Source: Prevotella sp. (GTDB taxonomy: Bacteria; Bacteroidota; Bacteroidia; Bacteroidales; Bacteroidaceae). Taken from it: a DNA stretch of 64,000 bases. The notes beneath the pieces are model-generated. The model did no database searches. It saw only the letters and a program-made list of their open reading frames with translations, and was not told where the DNA came from. The DNA lies in the NCBI GenBank assembly GCA_017447515.1, contig JAFSNG010000042.1, positions 7,186 through 71,185 of the forward strand. Reading direction: 5' to 3'. The translations under genes and the position numbers were made by a program. This document shows, one piece after another, positions 40,230-51,209 of this stretch; within the stretch, counting starts at the first letter, position 1, and the number at the start of each line of letters is the position of its first letter.

Positions 40230-41216
40230 ACCGCTGCTGCGCGTGCTGCTGCCACTGCTGAACGAACCGCTGCTATGGCTGGGGCGGCTACTTCCTGCAC
40301 TGAACGAACCACTGCTGTGCGTGCTGCTGTGGCTTCCGCTGAACGAACCGCTGCTGCTACGGCTGAAACGGTTGCTATTGCTGTTGCCACTGACAATGTG
40401 ACCACTATGGCTACCAACGTTACTGCTGTGGCTGCTATTGCTGCTGCTGTGAGTGCTGCTATTGTTGCCGCTATGGCCGAAGGAACGGCCGTTGCTGCTA
40501 TTGCCGCCACGATTGTCGTTGTTGTCAGAGTTATGGCCTCCATTGCCGCTGGGGCGATTGCCTCCGCGATTGTCGCGATAGTCGCGGCCGTCGTTGTGGT
40601 TGCGTCCACCATTATCGTTATGACCAAAGCGACGGCCGTCTGCTGTTGTGCGGGTGGATGAGTGGCGTTGACCACTGGAATGGTGGCCGCGATAGTCGCC
40701 GCGATTCCAACGGTCTAACATGCCGAAATGACTGTGACCTGCGGGACGGTAGTGGTCACGATGGCCGTAATAATAGCCGTGACCGCCATGAACGTGCCAG
40801 GCGTGACCGCCACGATAGCTGGCATAGAACACCGGACGTCCGAAGTAGAAGTAGTCGCGGTGGGGATAACGTGCGTAGATGGCGAAGTGCCAATAGCCGC
40901 CGTCCCAATATAGTGGGCGGTAGAAGTAGGTGGCTGCGCAGAAGGCCTGCCACTGCCAGTCGAACAGGATATAGCTCATATCCAAGTTGCGGCGCTCCCA
41001 GTAGGTGCTGTACACGTCGTCGTAACTGGTCACACCCATCAGGTAGTCGAGGTTGATTTCGTAAGCGGCCTCGTACTGTGCATCATTCAGGTTCAGCTCG
41101 TAGGCCATCTTATCCGTCAGGAACAGGGCCTCGTTCCTTGCCTGCTCGTAGCTCATAGCCTTGCCCGTTGCTGCTATCGTCAGCATTGCTACCAGGGTCA
41201 TCATCATCTTTCTCAT
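40128..41216 (-). CDS. secreted hypothetical protein with long Ser/Gly/His/Arg low-complexity tail
   Basis: Signal peptide, helical FLTDKMAYELNL domain, Tyr-rich middle, SSGSFS repeats. Confidence 0.8.
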   Translation of the reverse strand: MRKMMMTLVAMLTIAATGKAMSYEQARNEALFLTDKMAYELNLNDAQYEAAYEINLDYLMGVTSYDDVYSTYWERRNLDMSYILFDWQWQAFCAATYFYRPLYWDGGYWHFAIYARYPHRDYFYFGRPVFYASYRGGHAWHVHGGHGYYYGHRDHYRPAGHSHFGMLDRWNRGDYRGHHSSGQRHSSTRTTADGRRFGHNDNGGRNHNDGRDYRDNRGGNRPSGNGGHNSDNNDNRGGNSSNGRSFGHSGNNSSTHSSSNSSHSSNVGSHSGHIVSGNSNSNRFSRSSSGSFSGSHSSTHSSGSFSAGSSRPSHSSGSFSSGSSTRSSGSFSGSHSGGSRSSSSGSHGGGHSSGGRSFGGRR

Positions 41217-41308
41217 AATTCTTATTTATTTAAGAGTTCAACATTCAAGTTATCTGTTCTCGCTTGTTTTCGATGGCAAAATTATGAAGAAATAAGGGCA
41301 TACGAAAA

Positions 41309-41339
41309 GGATTTCCCCTAAACTCGTCGGGGGAAATCC
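41309..41339. promoter_or_regulatory. 10-bp inverted repeat (operator or asnB terminator)
   Basis: GGATTTCCCC-N11-GGGGAAATCC, ~24 nt upstream of the -7 box of the 41216 gene. Confidence 0.5.
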
Positions 41340-41369
41340 CTATTGTTCATGTTTTATCATCCGTTGCCG

Positions 41370-43034
41370 TTAATAGGCTTGCTCGTGCACGCCCTTGACG
41401 GCACGGCCTGAGGGGTCGTTCATGCCCTTGAAGGCGGCATCCCATTCGAGGGCGATGGCGGTGGAACAGGCTACTGAGGCTTCGCTGGGAACACTCTTGG
41501 CGGCACTGTCACTGGGGAAGTGCTCGGCGAAGATGCTGCGATAGTAGTACTCTTCCTTGTTCTTTGGTGGGTTGATGGGGAAGCGTTCAGCAGCATGAGT
41601 CATCTGCTCGTCTGATACGGCCTCAGCGGTAATTTGTTTGAGGGTGTCTATCCAACTGTAGCCGACACCGTCGCTAAACTGCTCCTTCTGTCGCCAGGCG
41701 ACTTCCTTAGGAAGCATATCGGCAAAGGCCTCGCGAACTATCTTCTTTTCCATCGTCGAGCCTGGACACATCTTAGCCTCAGGGTTCGTACGCATCGCAA
41801 CATCGAGGAATTCCTTGTCGAGGAAAGGCACACGGCCTTCTACACCCCAAGCGCTCAGGCTCTTGTTGGCACGTAGACAATCGTACAGATAGAGTTTGCC
41901 GAGTTTGCGCACGGTTTCCTCGTGGAAGTCCTTAGCAGTCGGCGCTTTGTGGAAATAGAGATAGCCACCGAATATCTCATCGGCTCCCTCGCCCGAAAGT
42001 ACCATCTTGATGCCCATCGACTTGATAACACGCGCCAATAAGTACATCGGAGTGGAGGCACGGACGGTAGTCACGTCGTAGGTCTCGATGAAATAGATGA
42101 CGTCGCGGATGGCGTCCAGACCTTCCTGAATGGTGTAGTTGATTTCGTGGTGGACGGTGCCGATATGATCGGCCACGAGTTTGGCCTTAGCCAAATCAGG
42201 CGCACCCTTCAGTCCTACGGCAAACGAGTGCAAACGAGGCCAATAAGCCTTTGTCTTCGAGTCATCCTCGATACGCATCTCAGAGTATTTCTCGGCAATG
42301 GCGGAAATTACGGATGAATCCAAACCGCCACTCAAAAGTACTCCGTAAGGCACGTCCGACATCAACTGACGCTTCACGGCATCCTCCAATGCATCGTGGA
42401 TGGCCTCGACGCTAGCAGGATTATCCTTCACGGCATCATACTGCATCCAGTCGCGACGATAATACCATTTCATGCCTGGGTCAACACTCCAGTAGTAGTG
42501 TCCAGGCAGGAACGGTTCGTAACGCTCACACTGGCCTTCGAGGGCCTTCAGTTCCGAGGCCACATACACTGTGCCGTCGCTGTCATATCCAATATATAAA
42601 GGTATAACGCCTATCGGGTCGCGGGCTATCAGGAATTCGTTGCGTTCCTCGTCGTAGAGCACAAAAGCAAAAATACCGCTCAGGTCTTCGAGGAAATTGA
42701 TGCCTTTTTCGCGATACAATGCCAGAATGACCTCACAGTCCGAACCCGTCTGGAACTCATACTGTCCAGCATAGCGACGGCGAATCTCCTGGTGGTTGTA
42801 TATCTCGCCATTCACTGCCAGCACCTGCTTCTTGTCAGGACTGTAGAGGGGCTGTCCGCCTGATTCTGGGTCGACAATGCTCAGTCGTTCGTGTGCAAGA
42901 ATGGCTGATCCTCCACAGTATATTCCACTCCAGTCCGGTCCGCGGTGACGGATCTTCTGACTCATCTTCAATGCCTTGTCACGCAACTCGTGCGTCTGCT
43001 CCCTTACATTCAGTATAGCTACTATTCCACACAT
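41370..43034 (-). CDS. asnB: asparagine synthetase B (glutamine-hydrolysing)
   Basis: MCGI N-terminus, HRGPD, NGEIYN, LLSGGLDSS, SGEGADE. Confidence 0.97.
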   Translation of the reverse strand: MCGIVAILNVREQTHELRDKALKMSQKIRHRGPDWSGIYCGGSAILAHERLSIVDPESGGQPLYSPDKKQVLAVNGEIYNHQEIRRRYAGQYEFQTGSDCEVILALYREKGINFLEDLSGIFAFVLYDEERNEFLIARDPIGVIPLYIGYDSDGTVYVASELKALEGQCERYEPFLPGHYYWSVDPGMKWYYRRDWMQYDAVKDNPASVEAIHDALEDAVKRQLMSDVPYGVLLSGGLDSSVISAIAEKYSEMRIEDDSKTKAYWPRLHSFAVGLKGAPDLAKAKLVADHIGTVHHEINYTIQEGLDAIRDVIYFIETYDVTTVRASTPMYLLARVIKSMGIKMVLSGEGADEIFGGYLYFHKAPTAKDFHEETVRKLGKLYLYDCLRANKSLSAWGVEGRVPFLDKEFLDVAMRTNPEAKMCPGSTMEKKIVREAFADMLPKEVAWRQKEQFSDGVGYSWIDTLKQITAEAVSDEQMTHAAERFPINPPKNKEEYYYRSIFAEHFPSDSAAKSVPSEASVACSTAIALEWDAAFKGMNDPSGRAVKGVHEQAY

Positions 43035-43310
43035 AATTCTATTTGACTATTTACTATTTGATGTTTGCGGATGCAAAGGTACGACAAAAAGAAAAAAGAA
43101 TTCGCTATTTTCTTTCAATTTGATTATTAAAACCACGACAAGATGACAATTTGTAAAGTTAAATAGGGTAATCCTTGCCATCCTGATTAACTTTTGCCCA
43201 AAATAAACGTCATATTGTTACAAACCGTCACACTCGAAAATAAAAATAAACAGTAAAATATTTTGCATTTTACTCGCTTATTCGTATCTTTGCAGCTAAA
43301 TGACCGCAAT

Positions 43311-44762
43311 ATGGAAAATAACAAGATGATACCAACAACAGAACGTGTGTTCCAAATATTCAAGGAACTGAACCAGATTCCCCGTCCGTCGCACCACGAA
43401 GAGCGTGTGGCCGACTATCTTTGCCAGTTTGCCGAGCGCCTCGGCCTGTCGTATAAGCGTGATGCCGAGAACTGCGTCGTCATCAGCAAGCCCGCTACGT
43501 CTGGCCACGAAGGCGCAGAGCCTATCGTACTGCTGAACCACATGGATATGGTGTGCGTGGGCATGAGCGACCCACTGCACGACCCTATCGATGCCTATGT
43601 GGAGAACGGTTGGATGAAGGCTAAGGGTACGTCGCTGGGGGCTGACAACGGCATCGGACTATCGATGGCACTGGCCGTATTGGAAAGCAAGGACATCGTA
43701 CACGGTCCGCTGGAGGTGATGACGACCACCAACGAGGAGGACGGCATGTCGGGTGCCTCGCAGTTGAGCAAGGACTTTCTCGTTGGACGCAAGGTCATCA
43801 ACCTCGATTCTGAGGACTACGACACCATCACCACAGGAGCCGCCGGCGCCTGTCTGCAAGAACACCGCATTCCCTTGAAGCGAATGCCTGCCCCTGGCGG
43901 CAAGCACCGCTGGTACCGCATCACCTTCGAGGGTGGTCTGGGTGGCCATTCGGGCGTCGACATCAACAAGGGGCGGGCCAGTGCCGTCGTGCTTGTATGG
44001 GCCATGCTGGCCGCAGTCTATAATGAGTACGACTTCGACCTGGCATCGTTGAAGGTGGGTGAGGCCAACGCATCCATCGCCTCATCGGCAGAGATGGTTG
44101 TCTGCGTGCCTTCCGGCGAGGCTGCCGAATATGTCAAGGCGCAACAGGACATGATGAACGAGTGGATCAAGGAAGAATATGGTGCGAACGACCCAGGGAT
44201 GCACTGTACGATTACGAAGTGCAAACCCCTGCCGACCGTAATTGACAAAGAGACGTTGGAGGCGCTCCTGACCAGTCTGGAACAGATTCCGCAGGGTGTC
44301 GTAAAGATGAGCGAAACGATGGAAGGGACGGTGGAAACCTCGAACAACGTAGGACGCATCGTGACGGAAGAAGACCATGTCTTTATCTCTACGCATACAC
44401 GAAGCTTCATCGATAGCGATATGGAGGAGCTGAGTCGCCAGATTGCCAGCGTCTTTGCCACCAGCGGTGCCCAAAGCACTACCGTCATGTCGGCTCCCGC
44501 CTGGCAGGAGGATCAGCAATCGCCATTCCTGCAGCTGACGTCCGACACCTTCTTGGACGTGTTGGGTTGGCGCCCACGCATGGTCGCTATGCATTTCGTG
44601 TTGGAGGCAGGATTCTTCGTCCGCCACTATCCAGGCATCCAGATGGCCAGCATCGGTCCGCGTATAGTCGAGCCGCACTCCACTAGTGAGCGCGTCGAAC
44701 TATCCACCATCGATGATATTTGGCGTGTGCTCGTCGAACTTCTGAAACGCCTGGCAGTGTAA
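43311..44762 (+). CDS. pepD: aminoacyl-histidine dipeptidase (M20C)
   Basis: IPRPSHHE, HMDMV, LGADNGIG, EEDGM, GGHSG, PHSTSE. Confidence 0.88.
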   Translation: MENNKMIPTTERVFQIFKELNQIPRPSHHEERVADYLCQFAERLGLSYKRDAENCVVISKPATSGHEGAEPIVLLNHMDMVCVGMSDPLHDPIDAYVENGWMKAKGTSLGADNGIGLSMALAVLESKDIVHGPLEVMTTTNEEDGMSGASQLSKDFLVGRKVINLDSEDYDTITTGAAGACLQEHRIPLKRMPAPGGKHRWYRITFEGGLGGHSGVDINKGRASAVVLVWAMLAAVYNEYDFDLASLKVGEANASIASSAEMVVCVPSGEAAEYVKAQQDMMNEWIKEEYGANDPGMHCTITKCKPLPTVIDKETLEALLTSLEQIPQGVVKMSETMEGTVETSNNVGRIVTEEDHVFISTHTRSFIDSDMEELSRQIASVFATSGAQSTTVMSAPAWQEDQQSPFLQLTSDTFLDVLGWRPRMVAMHFVLEAGFFVRHYPGIQMASIGPRIVEPHSTSERVELSTIDDIWRVLVELLKRLAV

Positions 44763-44934
44763 AAATGTCATCTTCAGTTTGCATTTTTGGCGTGAAGATT
44801 GGGTGTTGGACGGTGAAAACATTAAAAACCGTGAAAAAGTAGAGAATCGTTGCGCTTGGCATTTGCATATTCAGAAAGAATTTGCTATCTTTGCACTCAC
44901 AAAATAATTTATCCACTAACAAATTTATAGAATT

Positions 44935-45936
44935 ATGGTAAACTACAAGGATTTAGGACTCGTGAATACTCGCGAGATGTTTAAGAGAGCAGTGGCCGGT
45001 GGCTATGCTATCCCCGCTTTCAACTTCAACACCATGGAGCAGATGCAGGCCATCGTGATGGCTGCTGTTGAGACCAAGTCTCCTGTCATCATGCAGGTGT
45101 CAAAGGGTGCCCGTAACTATGCTAACGCAACTATCCTGCGTTACATGGCTGAGGGTGCTGTGGCTTACGCTAAGGAACTGGGTTGCGAGCATCCTGAGAT
45201 CGTGCTGCACCTGGACCACGGTGACAGTTTCGAGCTCTGCAAGGACTGTATCGACATGGGCTTCTCTTCAGTGATGATCGACGGTTCTTCTCTGCCTTAC
45301 GAAGAGAATATCGCTCTAGCTAAGAAGGTTGTTGACTATGCCCATCAGTTCGACGTAACTGTTGAGGCTGAGCTGGGTGTGCTCGCTGGTGTTGAGGATG
45401 AGGTTAGCTCTGCTGAGAGCCACTACACCAAGCCCGAGGAGGTTATCGACTTCTCTACCCGCACTGGTTGCGATTCGCTGGCTATCTCTATCGGTACTTC
45501 TCATGGTGCCCACAAGTTCACTCCCGAGCAGTGCACATTGGTGAACGGCGTGCTCGTTCCACCTCCCTTGGCATTCGACATCCTGCACGAGATTGAAAAG
45601 AAGCTCCCCGGATTCCCCATCGTGCTCCACGGCTCTTCTTCAGTTCCTATGGACGAGGTCAACACCATCAACCAGTATGGTGGTCACCTCGAGGCTGCTA
45701 TCGGTATCCCCGAGGAGCAGCTGCGTGAGGCTTCGAAGAGCGCTGTCTGCAAGATTAACATCGACTCCGACTCTCGTCTGGCTATGACTGCTGCTATCCG
45801 CAAGCACCTGGCTGAGCATCCTGGAGACTTCGATCCTCGTCAGTATCTGAAGCCCGCTCGCGAGAATATGAAGAAGATGTACATCCACAAGATTGTGAAT
45901 GTGCTCGGTTCTGACGGTAAGCTCGCTCAGTGCTAA
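44935..45936 (+). CDS. fba: class II fructose-1,6-bisphosphate aldolase
   Basis: LHLDHG, SVMIDGS, GTSHGAHK, VLHGSSS, KINIDSD; strongly biased codon usage. Confidence 0.96.
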   Translation: MVNYKDLGLVNTREMFKRAVAGGYAIPAFNFNTMEQMQAIVMAAVETKSPVIMQVSKGARNYANATILRYMAEGAVAYAKELGCEHPEIVLHLDHGDSFELCKDCIDMGFSSVMIDGSSLPYEENIALAKKVVDYAHQFDVTVEAELGVLAGVEDEVSSAESHYTKPEEVIDFSTRTGCDSLAISIGTSHGAHKFTPEQCTLVNGVLVPPPLAFDILHEIEKKLPGFPIVLHGSSSVPMDEVNTINQYGGHLEAAIGIPEEQLREASKSAVCKINIDSDSRLAMTAAIRKHLAEHPGDFDPRQYLKPARENMKKMYIHKIVNVLGSDGKLAQC

Positions 45937-46736
45937 TAGCTCGCTGAACAGGGGAAACCCAAAGCAATAACCCGGTCGCGGATAGCGTCAAGCTGTTCGC
46001 GACTGGCTTTTTCTAACCCTTTGGTGGGCGTCTCGCGATCAATGGTGTAGACCATAACCTGCTGGGGGCGAATCTCGCGAATGGCCTCGAGCCAGGGGGC
46101 AATATACTCCTCGGAGGTGTTGTCGACGGAGAGCGATTCCGACGGGGTGAACCCGTCGGCGCGACTTAAAGTGCCGCGCATGAACATCGTCTGAATGATG
46201 ATGTGACCGTTGAAGGCTTTCATGCGTTCGATGATTTGTCGGACGTCGTAGGCGGTATTTGGACGGTCCACCTTATTTATATATATAGGGTCGACGGTGT
46301 CGAGTTTGAGGATGTTGTTATCGACACGCATCAGTGCGTCGTGTACCGACTGACGATGAATCATGGTAGAGTTTGAGAGTACGCTGACCTTCGCCTTGGG
46401 ACAGTACTGGTCGCGCAGGCGGATGGTATCGTCAATGATTTCGGCAAACTGCGGGTGACATGTAGGCTCGCCATTACCTGCAAAGGTCAGCACGTCAGGC
46501 AACTGACCGTTGGCCGTCATCTCCTGCAGCTTCTCTTCGAGTTTGAGTGATACATACTCGGGAGTCGGCAGGGGTAAGGTAGGACGATGGTCGCGGTTGA
46601 AGCCACACTCGCAGTAGATGCAGTCGAAGCTGCATACCTTGCCGTCGGCGGGCAGGAGGTTGATGCCCAGCGAAACGCCTAAGCGACGGCTATGAACAGG
46701 CCCGAAAATGGGCGAAGGATAAATAACTGTACTCAT
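45933..46736 (-). CDS. radical SAM protein
   Basis: FGPVHSRRLGVSLG, CSFDCIYC (CxxxCxxC), GNGEPT. Confidence 0.9.
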   Translation of the reverse strand: MSTVIYPSPIFGPVHSRRLGVSLGINLLPADGKVCSFDCIYCECGFNRDHRPTLPLPTPEYVSLKLEEKLQEMTANGQLPDVLTFAGNGEPTCHPQFAEIIDDTIRLRDQYCPKAKVSVLSNSTMIHRQSVHDALMRVDNNILKLDTVDPIYINKVDRPNTAYDVRQIIERMKAFNGHIIIQTMFMRGTLSRADGFTPSESLSVDNTSEEYIAPWLEAIREIRPQQVMVYTIDRETPTKGLEKASREQLDAIRDRVIALGFPCSASY

Positions 46737-46837
46737 AATGTGCGCAAAATTACAAAATAAATCTAAAAGTTGTGCTTTGTTTCATATTTATTTTGTAATT
46801 TTGCACGAAATTAGGTGTATTACGTCTAAATGAGACT

Positions 46838-47716
46838 ATGAGTAAGAAACGAAAAAAGACCCGCAACCGCCGAGGTATGCAGGTCGTGACGTTATGTATA
46901 AGCACTACGATGGTGCTCATTCTATTGGGTATGGTGGTATTCTTCGTGCTGTTGGCTCACAACCTCTCAGCCCACATGAAGGAACACCTGACGGTGACGG
47001 TGATGCTGAAGGACTCGGTGACAGTGAACGACGCGAAGCTCTTCTGTCGTGACCTGTATCATCGCCCCTACTCGCACAATATTGATTACATCAGTAAGGA
47101 GCAAGCCCAACGCGAACAAATCAAGGAACTGGGTAGCGACCCAACGGAATTCCTGGGATTCAACCCATTCCCGGCTACGCTGGAGATTCAGCTGGCTGCC
47201 GACTATGCCAACCGCGACTCGCTGAAGTGGATAGCGAAGGAACTGAGAAAGGATGCCCGCGTCAGCGACTTAGCGTATATGGAGGATTTGATGGACCGCG
47301 TGAACGTGAATATCAGCCGCGTCAGTCTGGTGTTGCTGATACTGGCCGTGCTGCTGACGTTCGTGTCGTTCTCGCTCATCAGCAATACGGTGCGACTGAG
47401 CGTCTATGCCCGCCGATTCCTCATCCACACAATGAAACTGGTGGGCGCATCGTGGGGATTCATCCGTCGTCCGTTCCTGAAACAGGCCGTGTGGATTGGT
47501 ATCATTGCCGCAGTCTTGGCTATCTGCGTGTTAGGACTGGGCGTCTATGGCCTCTACCTGACGCAACCCGGCGTGATGGAGATTGTGACGTGGCAGGTTC
47601 TGACCATTACCGCTGTTGCCGTATTGGTGTTCGGCATTGTGATTACGGCACTGTGTGCTTGGCTGGCTGTCAACAAGTTCCTGAGAATGACGGCAGGAGA
47701 GTTGTATAAGATATAA
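46838..47716 (+). CDS. ftsX: cell division permease FtsX
   Basis: 4 TM helices, YISKEQA, NPFP, ISNTVRL, MKLVGA, FIRRPF. Confidence 0.92.
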   Translation: MSKKRKKTRNRRGMQVVTLCISTTMVLILLGMVVFFVLLAHNLSAHMKEHLTVTVMLKDSVTVNDAKLFCRDLYHRPYSHNIDYISKEQAQREQIKELGSDPTEFLGFNPFPATLEIQLAADYANRDSLKWIAKELRKDARVSDLAYMEDLMDRVNVNISRVSLVLLILAVLLTFVSFSLISNTVRLSVYARRFLIHTMKLVGASWGFIRRPFLKQAVWIGIIAAVLAICVLGLGVYGLYLTQPGVMEIVTWQVLTITAVAVLVFGIVITALCAWLAVNKFLRMTAGELYKI

Positions 47717-47747
47717 ATGGATAATTGAGAATTGACAATTGATTATT

Positions 47748-48002
47748 ATGAATAAGAGAAATTTTGCTTTTGACCGCATGAATTACATACTGCTGGCTAT
47801 TGGTATGGCAGTGGTCATCATCGGCTTTCTGTTGATGAGCGGTCCGGGTTCGAATGAGACGGCTTACAACCCCGATATTTTCAGTGTACGACGCATAAAA
47901 GTTGCTCCAGTGGTGTGTCTGCTGGGGTTTGTGTCGATGATTTATGCTGTGGTGCGCCGTCCGAAAACTGATGCAACAGAAGAGAAGGAGGGCGCAGAAT
48001 GA
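47748..48002 (+). CDS. DUF3098 small membrane protein
   Basis: FAFDRMNY...IGFLLMSG...IFSVRRIKVAP; located between ftsX and uppP. Confidence 0.85.
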   Translation: MNKRNFAFDRMNYILLAIGMAVVIIGFLLMSGPGSNETAYNPDIFSVRRIKVAPVVCLLGFVSMIYAVVRRPKTDATEEKEGAE

Positions 48003-48856
48003 CTTGGTTGGAGACCGTTATCATTGCCATTGTCGAGGGACTGACAGAATTTCTGCCCGTATCGTCGACAGGTCACATGATTATCACCCAAAACCTGTTA
48101 GGTATCGAGCAGGGCGACCCGTTTATTCATGCCTTCACGTTTATCATCCAGTTTGGAGCCATCCTGTCGGTAGTATGTCTTTACTGGAAGCGCTTCTTCC
48201 AGTTTGACAACAGCCCTGCACCTACAGGCAGCAACCTGTGGCAGAAACTGAAGCATAAGTACTATTTCTACTGGTTGCTCATCGTTGGTGTGTTGCCAGC
48301 GGTGATAATCGGACTATTGGCCAAGAAGTCGGGACTGCTCGACTGGTTGCTCGACAGCGTGCTTGTAGTAGCTATCATGTTGGTTGTCGGTGGTGTGTTT
48401 ATGCTGTTCTGCGACAAGCTGTTCAACAAGGGTAGCGATACCAACAAGGTAAACGAGGGAAGAGCCTTCCGAATCGGCTTGTACCAGTGCATATCCGTCA
48501 TTCCTGGTGTATCGCGCTCGATGGCAACGATTGTGGGCGGTATGACACAGGGACTGACGCGCAAGCGTGCCGCTGAGTTCTCGTTCTTCCTGGCTGTACC
48601 CACGATGGCCGGTGCCACGCTGCTCGACCTGCTCGACTTGCTGAAGGAAGACACGATGTGGGCCACGTCGCATAATATCACGATGCTCATTCTGGGCTGT
48701 GTGGTGGCGTTTGTCGTCGCCCTGTTGGCCATGAAGTGGTTTGTAGCCTTCCTAACCAAATACGGCTTCAAGGCTTTTGGCTATTATCGCATCATCGTGG
48801 GTGGCATCATCCTTGTCCTGCTGCTCACTGGTCACTCATTAGCAATGGTCGACTAA
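47999..48856 (+). CDS. uppP: undecaprenyl-diphosphatase
   Basis: EGLTEFLPVSSTGH, PGVSRS, AEFSFFLAVP. Confidence 0.95.
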   Translation: MTWLETVIIAIVEGLTEFLPVSSTGHMIITQNLLGIEQGDPFIHAFTFIIQFGAILSVVCLYWKRFFQFDNSPAPTGSNLWQKLKHKYYFYWLLIVGVLPAVIIGLLAKKSGLLDWLLDSVLVVAIMLVVGGVFMLFCDKLFNKGSDTNKVNEGRAFRIGLYQCISVIPGVSRSMATIVGGMTQGLTRKRAAEFSFFLAVPTMAGATLLDLLDLLKEDTMWATSHNITMLILGCVVAFVVALLAMKWFVAFLTKYGFKAFGYYRIIVGGIILVLLLTGHSLAMVD

Positions 48857-49576
48857 ATGGACTTCATAGAGGGAGAATACATATACATCAATAAGCCCTA
48901 CGGGATGACATCGTTCGGTGCGCTGGCCTTTGTCAGGACCCGCGTATCAAGACGCGTCGGCGTGCGCAGGGTGAAGATAGGCCACGCAGGAACCCTCGAC
49001 CCGCTGGCAACAGGTGTGCTGATACTCTGCACGGGCAAGAAGACGAAGGAGATAGAACGTCTGCAGCTCGATTCCAAAGAGTATACGGCCACCCTGCAGT
49101 TGGGTGCTACGACGCCCAGCTACGATATGGAGCACGAAGTGGATGCGACATACCCGACGGCGCACATTACTGAAGAATTGGTGCGCCGTGTGCTCGCCGG
49201 TTTTGTCGGCGAAATCCAACAAGTGCCCCCACAGTATTCCGCCTGTAAGATTGGCGGTGACCGCGCCTACGACCTGATGCGTAAAGGCAAGGAGGTGGAG
49301 CTGAAGGCCAAAACGGTACATATCGATTCCGTCGATGTGATAGATTTCAACCCAAAGACTATGCAGCTGAGCATCCGCGTCAGTTGCGGCAAGGGGACCT
49401 ACATCCGTTCGCTGGCTCGCGATATTGGCCGTGCACTGGAAAGCGGTGCCTACCTCACGGCCCTGTGCCGTACGCGCTTGGGCGATGTCCGCATAGAGGA
49501 CTGCATCACCATTGACGATTTCCCCGCATGGCTGGAAAAACAAGAAGTTAAGAAGTTAGAGAAGTTAAGTAGTTAA
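48857..49576 (+). CDS. truB: tRNA pseudouridine(55) synthase
   Basis: [33 protein letters not shown]. Confidence 0.95.
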   Translation: MDFIEGEYIYINKPYGMTSFGALAFVRTRVSRRVGVRRVKIGHAGTLDPLATGVLILCTGKKTKEIERLQLDSKEYTATLQLGATTPSYDMEHEVDATYPTAHITEELVRRVLAGFVGEIQQVPPQYSACKIGGDRAYDLMRKGKEVELKAKTVHIDSVDVIDFNPKTMQLSIRVSCGKGTYIRSLARDIGRALESGAYLTALCRTRLGDVRIEDCITIDDFPAWLEKQEVKKLEKLSS

Positions 49577-49584
49577 GAAGATAT

Positions 49585-50727
49585 ATGAAACTGTCACAAT
49601 TCAGATTTAAGCTGCCCGAAGAACAGATTGCTTTGGAGCCTCCTCACAAGGTGTTTGAGAATCCCGATGGCACTACCGAAAAGGTGTATCGTCGCGACGA
49701 GTGTCGTATGATGGTCCTTCACCGTAAGAGTCAGACCATCGACATGTTCGAGAAAGACGAAGAAGGCAACGACACCAAGGAATTCATCAAGTTCCGTAGC
49801 ATCATCGACTATTTCGATGAGGGCGATGTCATCATCTTTAATGACACGAAGGTGTTTCCAGCCCGCCTGTATGGTACGAAGGAGAAGACCGATGCGAAGA
49901 TTGAGGTATTCCTGTTGCGCGAACTGAACCCCGATTTGCGCCTGTGGGACGTGTTGGTAGAGCCGGCCCGCAAAATACGTATCGGCAACAAACTGTTCTT
50001 CGAGGAAGACGGCCCGATGGTGGCAGAAGTCATTGACAATACCACCAGCCGCGGACGTACGCTGCGATTCCTTTACGACTGTCCGCACGACGAATTCAAG
50101 CAGGAACTCTTCGCGCTGGGGGCATCTCCCGTTCCCCGTTATATCATTGACCGTCGCGAGGTGACGCACGACGATATGGAAAATTTCCAGACCATCTATG
50201 CCCAGCACGAGGGAGCAGTCACGGCCCCTGCATCAGGACTGCACTTCAGCCGTGAACTATTGAAGCGTCTAGAGATTTGCGGTGTCAACTTCTCGTTCAT
50301 CACCGTCCACTGCGGACTGGGCTGTTTCGACAGTATCGAGGTAGAGGATCTGACGAAGCATAAGATGGGTTCCGAGCAGATGATTATCACGCCCGAAGCC
50401 TGTGTACCAGTTAACGAGTCGAAGGCTGCCGGACACCATATCTGTGCCGTCGGTGTGACGACGCTGCGAGCTACCGAGACAGCCGTGGGGACTGACGGCA
50501 TGTTGAAGGAATTTAACGGCTGGACCAACAGGTTCATCTTCCCGCCGTATGAGTTTGGACTGGCAGACCGAATGGTTGTCAATTTCTATCACTCGGAGTC
50601 GACGATGCTCATGGCAACGGCAGCTTTCGGAGGTTACGACCTCGTCATGGAAGCTTACCAGAAAGCTGTGGACAATGGCTATCAGTTTGGCTGCTATGGC
50701 GACTGTATGCTGATACTGGATGACTGA
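49585..50727 (+). CDS. queA: SAM:tRNA ribosyltransferase-isomerase
   Basis: [37 protein letters not shown]. Confidence 0.92.
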   Translation: MKLSQFRFKLPEEQIALEPPHKVFENPDGTTEKVYRRDECRMMVLHRKSQTIDMFEKDEEGNDTKEFIKFRSIIDYFDEGDVIIFNDTKVFPARLYGTKEKTDAKIEVFLLRELNPDLRLWDVLVEPARKIRIGNKLFFEEDGPMVAEVIDNTTSRGRTLRFLYDCPHDEFKQELFALGASPVPRYIIDRREVTHDDMENFQTIYAQHEGAVTAPASGLHFSRELLKRLEICGVNFSFITVHCGLGCFDSIEVEDLTKHKMGSEQMIITPEACVPVNESKAAGHHICAVGVTTLRATETAVGTDGMLKEFNGWTNRFIFPPYEFGLADRMVVNFYHSESTMLMATAAFGGYDLVMEAYQKAVDNGYQFGCYGDCMLILDD

Positions 50728-50729
50728 TT

Positions 50730-50761
50730 AGAGGTGAGAGGTAAGAGGTGAGAGGTGAGAG
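50730..50761 (+). repeat. heptamer tract (AGAGGTR)4 overlapping the folK start
   Basis: AGAGGTG AGAGGTA AGAGGTG AGAGGTG AGAG. Confidence 0.85.
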
Positions 50762-51206
50762 AATTGTTCATAGGGCGTATTTGGGGCTTGGGAGCAATCT
50801 TGGGGACCGTAGGCAGAACATCGAAAAGGCTGTAACGCTGATAGGTGAACGAGTGGGTGTTGTGCTATGCCAGTCCTCTCTCATCGAGACGGAACCTTGG
50901 GGATTTGACTCCGAGAATAAGTTTCTGAATGCCGTCATTCTCTGTGAGACCGAACGGACACCACGTGAGGTGCTCCGGCTGACGCAACAGATAGAGCGCG
51001 ACATGGGGCGTAAGAAAAAGCTAATAGCTAACGGCCAAGAGCCAAAAGCCAATTATAAAGATCGTCCTATCGATATCGACATACTGCTGTACGACGATTT
51101 GACCGTCGACGAGCCCGACTTGAAGATTCCCCATCCGCTGATGTACGAGCGCGACTTTGTGATGATTCCGCTGGAAGAGGTCAGAAGGCTGATGGCTGAT
51201 GGATGA
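50748..51206 (+). CDS. folK: 2-amino-4-hydroxy-6-hydroxymethyldihydropteridine diphosphokinase
   Basis: YLGLGSNLG, ETEPWG, FLN, DRPIDIDIL, IPHP, RDFV; GTG start. Confidence 0.93.
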   Translation: MRGERIVHRAYLGLGSNLGDRRQNIEKAVTLIGERVGVVLCQSSLIETEPWGFDSENKFLNAVILCETERTPREVLRLTQQIERDMGRKKKLIANGQEPKANYKDRPIDIDILLYDDLTVDEPDLKIPHPLMYERDFVMIPLEEVRRLMADG

Positions 51207-51209
51207 TGG

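Noticed and set aside
40070-40675. Ala/Thr/Val-rich ORFs on both strands
   Set aside because: Alternative frames of the Ser/Gly low-complexity tail of 40128-41216.
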